Assembly: GCF_006345805.1 (NCBI RefSeq)
Contig: NC_043000.1
Coordinates: 81,344,001 to 81,408,000, forward strand
From: Octopus sinensis
Lineage: Eukaryota
Reading direction: 5' to 3'
DNA length: 64,000 nucleotides
Notes under the pieces: model-generated
The model's input: the letters and a program-made list of their open reading frames with translations, nothing else
Database searches by the model: none
Told to the model about the DNA's origin: nothing
Made by a program: the position numbers and the translations under genes
In this document: positions 13,300 through 23,776 of the stretch, in pieces
Layout: the number at the start of each line of letters is the position of its first letter
Numbering within the stretch: the stretch's first letter is position 1

Positions 13300-15200
13300 T
13301 GATGAAGAGTGCTACTTACCCACTTGGGGCTGTTGGAGATCAGGTGGTCCCACCTCCATTACTTTGTTGGACTCCTTTCGGAACCCTTGCAGAAGCCTTG
13401 CATTGACATTTACTTGAGGTATCCCTACATTGTCTGGAAAGTCATCCCTAATTGTTTGGAAAGTGTCCAAATCTATCCTCACCATCATCAAGTCCTTTGG
13501 CATGTTGCACGTGCTTGTCAAAGAAGATTTCCTCCCACCTTTTTCAGTGTTTTCCCTTCGGGATAAGAGGAACTTCAGTTTTTTGTTGGCCCTCCTTACT
13601 AACACAAAGTTAGCTGCCTGCGTCATTGTTTTTTGCTGTTCTTGTTGCATTTGTGGTTTGAGTTTCCTTTAGAGATTTTTTCTGTCTGCAGTGGGGTTTT
13701 TAGTGCTTGTGGTGCTTTAGTTGCTGATTGTGGTGCTGCAGGAGTTATCTAAGTGTCTGCATTTGTTGTGGGTGTGTATGTAGTTTCTTTGTTATCTTGT
13801 TTTGGTGCAGGACAAGATGTCTCACCTCTGTGACTTCTTTTCGGTTGTTTGGATTTACTCTGTTTCCCCTCATCATCAATGTGGTAGAACCAATGTCTGT
13901 TGCAACCTCCTCTTCTCTCTGTGGAAGTGAATTCATGCTTGTATTCATGCTTTTCTGCGTGTTTGTTTGTGAGAGGTGGGGTTGTTGAGTTTGGTTGCAA
14001 GGTGTTGGTTTTCGTGGTTGACCTCTCCAACAGTTTTCCTGCTGGTGCTGTTGTTACACCTACCACTGCCACTGCTGCTATTTTTGTTGCTTTCCCTGTT
14101 GTTCATGGTGATCTTTCTACAGTTGGTACTGATTTTTGTTTTCCCAGCCTTGGTGTTGGTGTCAGCAGAGGTCTATGGACCCCTGTAATTTTTTGCTGAG
14201 GGTAGATTGCTTGTAGGTGTGTTGCTTCACTACAAGTAAAGCAATGAGGCCTTCTGCCCTTGGTGATCAACAGTAATTTCATCCCATCTTTGAGGCAGAC
14301 ATGGTCTGGAATGTTCTATAAGTCTTGTGATTTTATTTGGATTAGCATTTCCAAATCCATCCCAACCCAGTCTTCTCTTTGCATCTGTTGGACTTTTAGG
14401 AGGAGGGTGTCATTGCCTTCCATGATTATGCATCCCATAAGCCACCATATGTTGATACCTGGTGGGACTCAAATTTTTTGTTGTTCTTCTGTCCATGTAG
14501 GATGGGTACATTATAAGCTGGTCAGTTTTACAAGGTCCACCAAATGTTTTATGGCCAGTTCTTCTATTTTAAAAAGGACCAAGATGGTATCAAAACTTTG
14601 GGCCCTTTGAATGAATTCAACATGCTCTCTGATTGATTTCATTGCCATCTCCACATGAAAGTGGGAGGGTTGTTCTTCTCTCTGCGACTGCACTGAGACG
14701 CACCTATACTTTACTGTCCTCTTCTCGATTTCTACCTCCACTTCAGCTGGATAGTAAGGTTCACCCAGATTTTTTCTCTTTTTATGAGTTTGTGGGCCAG
14801 GGCTAACATCTCTTTTTTGTTGGAGATTTTGTCTATCTCATAGTACTTTTGTTGGTATTTTGCAGCTGCTGCTGCAGAAGTACTAGTTCTGTTCTCACTG
14901 TTGATGGTGGCAGTAGAATCATTCATGTTGCTACTGCTATTATTACTTCCAAATACACCCGCCTCTCTGTTGCTGGTGTTGATGTTGATATTGGTTGTGT
15001 TCTCATCTATGTTTTTGTTGTCATTATTCATTCTGTTAATTGTTTTTTGTTATGCTTCTCTGCTCTGTGTTGTTGGAGTTGTTATTTATGTGTTGATATC
15101 AGTTATCATGGTATTTTCCACATTGTTTCTGTTTGTGAAGTTGGCAGTAACACTTTTGTTGTCTGTTCAGCTATCGAGTAAATGTGTGTTCTCTATTATG
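13300..15200 (-). pseudogene. Tx1/L1-clade LINE ORF1 (gag-like), disrupted
   Basis: Lies directly upstream of ORF2. Asn/Thr-rich N-terminus, globular middle segment (14260-14870), decayed CCHC knuckle GRRPHCFTCSEATHLQAI(Y) at ~14200-14260, and Thr/Lys-rich tail. Confidence 0.7.
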
Positions 15201-15616
15201 TTGCTTTTCCCTGTTCTTTGCAATTAATTTCATTGCTGTCCATATAGTCTGTGGTGCTTTTGGATTCTTTATCAATTTTGTACTCGAAATTGTTACTTGT
15301 GTCTGCGAAAATTACATTTCTGTGACATTTCCTGCTGTCACAAACTGGTTCATTTTGTGTTAGAAAGTTACACCCCCTCCACGCCATTTTTGGCTTGCAA
15401 ACATGTAAGCATTTCGCATATACTAATATTTGGGCACAAGGCTCAAATATTATTTAGTTCTTTTTTTTCTGGGTACAGAGTGTATTGTCTTATGCTCCCT
15501 TTTAAACAATAATATCAACAAAGACAGTAGTTTTGATAACAAAAATACCAGCCAAGCTTCCACCAACATTCTACCCTTCCAGCCAGAAGTATAATAATAA
15601 CAACAATAATAATAGT

Positions 15617-16440
15617 GGCTCAAGCATAGATAGATGCAGGGTATCTGGCACCTAGAGTGTCATCAGGCATTCACAGCCCTCTGTCATTTGGTCTGTCAAA
15701 GTTCCACTTTGGCATTCTATAGGGGATTAGTGGCAGGCAAATGCAATGATGTTTTTGGAGAGAGTCTAGATATCAACAAGAATCAGCTGGATGATCTGTT
15801 TCAGAGGACTTTCAGGCCAGGGCCCATGGATAATTTCCAAAAATTCTTTGCCTGGTAGTGCTACTGGGGAGAGTTACTTATTCAGGATAAATTCTACAGG
15901 CATGAAAGTGCTGTCAGCCAGGCTTGACCAAGATGCACACAGCATGACAAAACTGTTCTGCATGCTCTCATCTAGTGCCCAAGCATTGCTGACTTGTGGG
16001 TTTATGTTAAACATCTTTCTCGTGTAGGATGGATCCAGCTATCAGCTGACTCCATTATGAAGATTGTCCTGCCTCCTTCTTTGGTTAGGAAGGGCAGACA
16101 GTGTTTATTTGTCTGATAGCCTTAGCAAAAGAGGTTGTGTAATAGACTAGGTTGAAAGGGCTGAAGACAGATACTTTCCTCTTTAGTCAAGCCCTCATCA
16201 ACTTTTTCAAGTTTCTCTTGAAAAGGAAAGCGAAAAGGAAAAGGAAGTGCTACCTCGACAATTTTGCTGGAAGGTGGGTGAATATGGAAAAAATGGTCTG
16301 AATGAATGGGCCTTCTCTATGCATTTACCTGTAAATTGAAGGGAAACAATGTGGAGTGGGCACTTGCCTTAGTGGTCAGGGCGACTGTGATTTTGTGGAG
16401 TTTCCATGAGCAACCCTAGGAAGTTTTTGCACTTGGGTAA
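15617..16440 (+). mobile_element. Tx1-clade LINE 3' portion (ORF2 C-terminus and 3' UTR)
   Basis: WHLECHQAFTAL..STLAFYRGLV..FQRTFRPGPMDNFQK closely matches ORF 48116-48904 (WHLECHQALSTL..FRRTFRLGPMDNFQR). Confidence 0.85.
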
Positions 16441-17599
16441 TTTACTCATCATTAGAATTTATATTATCACCAATTTTCTACTTTCTACAATCAAAGTGAT
16501 TACAGAACAATGGGAGATGTGTGTTTTAGTCAAGAACGCAATGCACCATCTGGTCCAGGAATTGAAATCATGATCTCGCTATTATGAGTGCAACACTTCA
16601 ACCAATAGGTCATGCACCTTGAATATTATACATACACAGGATATATATACAATAGATGCTTCTTTATGTACTTCTGCATCTTTTTGTCTAGCAACTTTTT
16701 TTATGAATCCTTAGTGGTGAATAAAGAATACAAAAATAATAATTGTAATAACAACAAACATTATGATTGTTATTGTCACCTTTAAATATGACACAACCAA
16801 CTTGAACACAGAAGACAAGATATGAGAAGACAGCAACACTTCTACAGCATTTGCAACACCTATAGAAGATGTAGTATGGAAAACCAGATGACGTACAGCC
16901 TTATTAAGAGCAATCACAGATACCACATTTGTTCAATAGTAATATACATTGGCATACAGACAATATGCAGGTACCATGTTTGATCCAATAACAACCACAC
17001 TGATGTACAGGCAATATATTAGATTTAATGGGGATTATTATAACATGAGCCTTCACTTTTTCTGCAATAAGATATAAAGAACACAAATCAGTAAACTTGG
17101 CATTGTAATAAGCTGCATACAGAACCAACCCACAAAATGAATGACCATCAGGATATGTGAGAAGTACATTTTGCTCTAGCAAAGACCAGTTTACATGACA
17201 CCCAGCATCTACAACATACCAGAACAAGCCAACAAGGGAGTCTATATGTTGTAACTAGGCCTACTAAAAATAGCAGCCAAATCTTTCTCAAATCACCCTT
17301 GTCTTCTTATATAAGGACAGAACACTTTAAGTAATACTGTCTTACACCAGCCTAAAGCAATAGGAGAGTCATGGTTGGAATGCCTCTGATCATAGCTCAG
17401 CTTCATCAGGGTTGATCTTGGGTTAAACAACAGCAACAATTCTGTCCTAATAATATTAAATAAAGTCTATAATATCAACGTTTCAAGGATAACAATCCTA
17501 GCAAAATTGTCTACAATCATCAAATGATATTCATTGGCCACTGGAATGTTGGCAAAATTAATCCATTGGCTTGCAGTATTTAGTTATGTCCCTTTACAT

Positions 17600-18125
17600 T
17601 CTGTATTCAAACTTACCTTTCAGCTTTCAATGGTCCTTAAAATAAAGTACCCATGAACTACTGGGGTAGATTTAAGGTTTCCATAAATGATCCGGATATG
17701 AATGGAAACATAATAGAAGACTAAGATAATTTGTCTTTCACACTTATAGAATCAATAAAATACAATATTCACTACCAGTCAATTACTGGAGTAGATTTAA
17801 TAATTCCTATAAAGCGTCCTAGTTTTAACATTCTTAGAAGACTAAGACTTAATTTATCTTTCATACTTCTGGGGTCAATACAAGAAATACCTGTCATATA
17901 GTGGATAGATTTGACATTCTGAAGAAATATCTTAGATGTGAATGGAGTTATAAAAGAAGACTAAGACTAATTTTACCTTTCATCCTTCCATGGTCCATGA
18001 AATTAAAGCACAGTGAGATGTTTGATTAGATTTAATATTCCTATAAAATAAACATAGCTGTGAATGGGAATGTAATAAAAGACTAAGAATGCAACAAGAT
18101 ATTTTGTTTGCCCCTTCCATCTTGC
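17600..18125 (+). repeat. ~120-bp tandem repeat, about 4 units
   Basis: Anchor 'a(g/a)aagactaaga' at ~17715, 17837, 17955 and 18077, with 'tagattt' recurring at similar spacing. Confidence 0.8.
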
Positions 18126-18475
18126 TGATTCTTTCACTATTCTGTAACTATTCTTTTGACTCAGAGAAGAGGAATATTGCTTGGATGGTAGTCTCTTATT
18201 GTCCAAGGAAGACAGTTCTGCAATTTCTTGCCAAACACAACCTGTACAAATGATTTGTTTATAGTGATCACATGTATGTGCTGTACATTAGCTCACTCCC
18301 TCCATCAAATCAATGTCACCTGAACAGGTACATAATGTACCTCATGTAAGGTGTTAAAGTGATTGCAGAGCAATGGGAGATGAAGTGTTTTGCTCAAGAA
18401 GACAATGCACCACCTAGTCCAAGAATTAAAACCATGATTTCACAATCACTTTAACCACCAGGCCATACACCCTTG
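18090..18475 (-). mobile_element. tRNA-derived SINE, family D
   Basis: Collinear with 10380-10650. Head at 18400-18472. Confidence 0.65.
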
Positions 18476-18686
18476 AATGGGTGCATGACCTAATATATGG
18501 GAGTATATATACAGTGTATATATAATATATATGTATTTTAATATTTCATTTAAGCATTGCAAGATTAATAATCTGGTGTAAAACTCAGTATACATATGCT
18601 TCAGAACAAAGTGTTAGTCAAATACAGGGCAGTAATAAGAACATGAGATGACAAAGGAGTAAATGACTATCTTATGAACTTCATTA

Positions 18687-18769
18687 GCTTACAGCTCTTT
18701 CTACTATAAGATGCAATGTACTCATAGCTGAGAACCTGAGCAACACCTTATAGCTTCATCAAAGAAGCT
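18687..18769 (-). ncRNA. Decayed type I hammerhead ribozyme motif
   Basis: Minus strand: gcttct-TTGATGA-ag-ctataaggtg..catcttatag-ta-GAAAgAGCTGTA-agc. Two core substitutions; 10-bp stem II retained. Confidence 0.5.
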
Positions 18770-18950
18770 TTCCTTGGCAGTATGGGTATGTTCTTGAGTG
18801 AAGTTCCCAAATAAGATTTTTCCAGCATCAAATAATTATTAGTTGTTAGAATTCTTCTGGATGGGAGTTTTTGTGTTTAAGGTATGCATACAATACATAT
18901 GTATGTATTATATTTATAGAGGTTATAAATATTTTAAGAAAGATTTACAA

Positions 18951-19345
18951 GCGTAGGAGTGGCTGTGTGGTAAGTAGTTTGCTTACCAACCACATGGTTC
19001 TGGGTTCAGTCCCACTGCGTGGCACCTTGGGCAAGTGTTTTCTACTATAGCCTCAGGCTGACCAAGCCTTGTGAGTGGATTTGGTAGACGGAAACTGAAA
19101 GAAGCCCATCGTATATATGTATATATGTATATGTATGTCTGCCTGTGTTTGTCCCCCCAATATCGCTTGACAACCGATGCTGGTGTGTTTACGTCCCCGT
19201 AACTTAGCGGTTCGGCAAAAGAGACTGATAGAATAAGCACTAGGCTTACAAAGAATAAGTCCTGGGGTCGATTTGCTCAACTAAAGGTGGTGCTCCAGCA
19301 TGGCCACAGTCAAATGACTGAAACAAGTAAAAGAGTAAAGAGAGT
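18951..19345 (+). mobile_element. tRNA-derived SINE, family B, well-preserved copy
   Basis: A-box-like TGGCTGTGTGGT, B-box-like GGTTCAGTCC, internal (TA/TG) tract, 'aagagta' repeat tail. CpGs retained relative to other copies. Confidence 0.85.
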
Positions 19346-20859
19346 TGATTAAATTGAGAAAGAATCGTTTTGCAAAGTCAGTCAAATCTTTCTCAAACCC
19401 ACCCAACTGTTTTCAACAAGGAAAAGTGAGATGAGATAATGTTACTCTAGTTAACCCTTAAAAAATACTACAAAAAAAGATGATATAGTTATTGCCAGAA
19501 GGCTTTTGATTATAGGTTGTTTAATCAGAATTAATCTGGGGCTAATCAACAACAATACTTCCAGAAAAGATGGAAACCAAAATTACCATAGGCAGCATTT
19601 AAAATCTGGAGACTAAACCAAATGCTGTTAAAATATTTTACCTGACATTTTACAGAATCTGCTTTTACAATGCCCTCTAGTCTCAATGAATTATAATCAT
19701 TTAATAAAATTAATTATTATTATTAATTTTATTTTATGTTTTTCATTTTTGCATTTTATTTTCACTAATTTTGAAAAACTGTAAAGAAATAGATGAATTA
19801 AGAATTTTGCTTAACAAGAAAAACATGGCATATTTCTAATTATAGAATAGTTTCAATTGATGGTTTTTCTATGTATTTTGGAACATTTTGTTTTTTTGTT
19901 GTTGTTGTTATTGTAGTTATTGTCGTGGTTGTTGTAGAGATGGTTATTGTGTTATTTGTTGATTCTATTGTTGTGGTTGATGGTTTTGGAAACTATTTAC
20001 TGGAGTATATCATTTGTCATCATCAGCATTGTTATCACAATTACTACCACTAACCAACCCCCATCATCATCATCACCACCACAAATACCACTGCCACGCC
20101 ATCAATTATCACTACCACTACCATTAGCATCATCACGATCATTATCATCACCAGTACTTTTGTTGCCATCATCATCATCATCATCAACAACAACAACAAC
20201 ATTATCATCATCATCATCATCACTACATTCATTCTCACATCATTGTCATCGTTATGATCATCATCATTATCATCACCACTACCACCACCACTAAGGTTTT
20301 CTCCTGCAATCAAACGCTATTCCCAAACCACTGATAAGATTTTCTATCCCCTCCCATATCTGCATATAGGATAATCCTCTATTTATTGTATATATTGCAT
20401 GTATCTATGCATATATGTGTATATTTGTGTGTGCACTTATGCCTATTAAATGTGTATGTATATGCAAATGTGTGTCTATCTGTGCATGTATTTGAGTATC
20501 TATCTGTGTATGTATATATCTACATGTGTTTGTAATTATGTTTGTGTATGTCTAAGCACATGTTATTGATGATGTGTGTGTGTTGGTAAAGGAATATTTT
20601 AAGATGAGCATCTGGTTTCTCATCAGATGTGATTCCTTAAAGCCAGAATACTCAGTTTTTAACAATCCACACCATATTGTTGAAGTACAGAGGGTGGAGT
20701 GTGACATAGTATCTTTCCAAATGTCTGTCATAAAAATACAGAATTTTTAAAATCAAAATCTAATTTATTATTTGCATTTATTTATATATCTGAGGCATTC
20801 ATTATATCAATACAGGAAACATTGCTGTTTCTCAGTTACCATTTATAAGTGTGCAGAGC

Positions 20860-21310
20860 TATTCAGCCAGTCATTGATACTTCTCTTGACCAATCCATTG
20901 ATGCCCCTGTTCACACATCCAATAATACACCTGTTCAAACATTCTCTGATGCTTCTGTTCACCCATCTTTGATATTCATGTTCATGCCTCCATTAACACA
21001 CCTGTTCACCCACCCTTAATATGGTTGTTCATCCATATCCACTGATATCCCTGTTCACTCATCCATTAATATTTTTGTTCACCCATCCATGAATACTCTT
21101 GTTCATTTATTCACCTCTACAGTACTACTCATGTTCATCTTTCTATTAATAATCATATTCACCTACCTATCAATACTCCCATTCATTTGTTGTTGTTCAC
21201 CCATCCAATAATATTCCTGACCATTCATCCATTATTACTCCTGTTTTTCTATCTGTTAATATTCCTGTTCCCTCTTCCATTCATACTCCTTTTCACCCAT
21301 CATTATTGAT
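20860..21310. repeat. Degenerate ~22-bp minisatellite
   Basis: Recurring 'cctgttcacccatccattaata'-like units. Confidence 0.7.
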
Positions 21311-21455
21311 GTGGAATGTTGATAAAGTATCATATTACACAATGATGACCAGCTGGCAGACATCTCCTTTATTATTACATGGAGTATTAACAAATCTAAA
21401 CTAGAAATAGATATGGTGGGAGTAAAATGAAATAAATCAATGTGTAATACATATA

Positions 21456-21714
21456 CAGGTGTGTGTGTGCAAAAGTAGGTATACAGTAAGTATCATAATA
21501 ATAATAATGTTATAATAATTAATTCATTAAAATTACTTGTACATTAAATTAGTTCACCTCATTTTTGATATTTTCAGTGCCATTGATTATAATAATACTT
21601 TTATCATAACTATGATAATGCTTTTATCATAACTTTTAAGTTTTCTGATAAAAATAAATGAGTAATGTACGTTTTCTTTTTTTCCTTACTGTATACCTAC
21701 TTTTGCACCACCTG
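21456..21714. mobile_element. Tc1/mariner-type MITE
   Basis: TA-flanked TIRs: caggtg(tgtgt)gtgcaaaagtaggtatacagtaag / cttactgtatacctacttttgcaccacctg. Confidence 0.85.
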
Positions 21715-21729
21715 TATATATTCTTCTTT

Positions 21730-22270
21730 AAAGAAGTACACATTTCTTTATGTAGTCCTTGATATACGATATCTGGAGAAAAACACTGAGTAGAAATGGT
21801 TGGAATGCCTGATTGATAAGGCCTTGGTACCAATACTCTGAAGCTGTGGTTCTCAAACATATTTTACTTCTGGACCCTTTTGATTCGCCTTTTACTCAGT
21901 GGTAGGAGGAAAACTCATAGCCATTCGATGTTCAAAAACTTCAGCTATATTTTTATGATAAAATATTATTTGATAAACAATTTCAATTTCTGGTGAGAGA
22001 TCAGCTTTAATAGTTTCAATGAGGGTGGCAATGATGACAGTGAAAAGTGCAGGAGCTATGATACAGTTCTGTTTCATTCCTGATCCTACTTGAAATGGTT
22101 TGGTGTCACTGTTGTTGACAAGGACCCTCATAAACATGTTGTCATGGAGAAGCCAAAGGATCCAAATACTTATCAGGACATCCAAAGATGGATAAGATAT
22201 CCTAGAGCAGTTCTCTCAAAACTGAGTCAAAGGCCTTAGTAAGACCAATAAATGCATATATTATTTTGTT
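21730..22270 (-). mobile_element. RTE-clade LINE RT fragment
   Basis: AFIGLTKAFDSV (~22220-22257) and LLHDNMFMRVLVNNSDTKPFQVGSGMKQNCIIAPALF (cf. GVKQGCIIAPTLF). Confidence 0.75.
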
Positions 22271-22403
22271 CTTTTATATGTTTCAGCCCGTTTCAGCCCT
22301 AAGGCTGTAACCATACTGGGGCACACACACATACACAAATATGTATGTATATATATATATATATATATATAGATAGGAAAAAAGCAACAAGAATGGATTA
22401 AAA

Positions 22404-22491
22404 TCTCGGTACGATCGTTTCGCACGAGGACATCTTTAATAAGCTACAAAAAATGCAGTGAATACAGATGGCTCGTACTCGTCAGCCGAAA
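22404..22491 (-). ncRNA. Type I hammerhead ribozyme, intact core
   Basis: Minus strand: tttcgg-CTGACGA-gtacgag[ccatct..agatgtc]ctcgtgc-GAA-ACGATCGT-A-ccgaga. Stems I and II pair, stem III is palindromic, cleavage triplet GUA. Confidence 0.85.
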
Positions 22492-23776
22492 AAATATCAG
22501 AGAATTCCCAAACATCAAAAGGGGTAGATATAAAAGAGGTTGTAGGATTAACTGCATTGAAGAAAGTTCGATTCATGGAGATCTGATGAAAGGTTTTAAA
22601 CCTATAGAATTTATGCATGTCTACATATAGCTCATATTGGATATTTGATCAAATTGTATGAAGAAATTTTCGGATACAGTCATGCAAAATTTCTGAAAAT
22701 CCGAGTAAGAGGCAAAGTGACTGCCACATCATGTAGAGGAAAGTCTGAGTAAAAACATAGTGACTGCCATGTCGTGTAGAAGAACAGATTGTTATTGAAA
22801 TTAACAAGAATCGCAGATAAGTTCGATTTTTTTGGAGATCTGATGAAAAAGTCTTGAACTTACAAAATTTGTGTATGTCCTTATAGTTCGTAATCCAGTT
22901 TTGTGGAGGGATTTAAGGTACAATCATGCGAAAATATCAGGGAGTCCGAATGAGAAGCAAAAATGACAGCCTTATATTGTAGTGGTTCAGGTAGTTAATG
23001 AATTATTCAAGAATCACAGAAAGAGGAGGAAGGGGGTAGGAATTTAATCAGTTACTGCTATTTGAGCTGTCAAAGAGAAAGGAAAGGGGAAGCTAAGGGG
23101 ATGGGCACAATTTGATACTAACAAAAAAGTCTAAGTTTGTTTGGAACAAATTCGATCTGAGGTCAACAATTCATTTCTTTATTCATAAATGTTACTATTA
23201 ATAGATTGTCAGGTTACAAAGAGGTCATTAGAAAGGAAAGAAAAATGGGGTTGTTTTTAAATGAAACTAAACTATTATATTATTATTATACTAAACTATA
23301 AAACATACATAATGTTATTAAATGAAAATATTAAATGAAATTAAACAATTATATTATTATTATACTAAACTATAATACACTACACTATATTATATTATAT
23401 TATTTTGATAAATTATATCACATCACAAAACACTATGATAGGTCTGGTATTAGCAGAAATTAATTTTAAAAGTTTAAAAAAAGAAATTAAGAGAATTAAC
23501 TAACTAAAATTTGTAATGGGATAAAAAATAGACTAAGAAATGGAGATAAAATTAATTTATTAATAATATGGTCCAATAGAAATAAATCAAATAAATAATT
23601 TAAGTCAATAAGTATCAAATAGTACCATCAGAGAGAGAAAAATTATAATCATAGCTAGTTAGAACTTATCTTTCTAGTTAAATATATACTATGTAGGAGT
23701 GATATGTAAGTCAAAATTGAATTTTATGTAAAATGATTCCAGTATACAGTTATCAATTGAGATATGATTTAAAATA

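Noticed and set aside
17600-18125. CRISPR-like spaced repeats
   Set aside because: Eukaryotic context, the spacers are homologous to each other, and there are no cas genes.
22575-22880. Plus-strand CTGATGA motifs as additional hammerheads
   Set aside because: No correctly placed GAAA, stem III or stem I.
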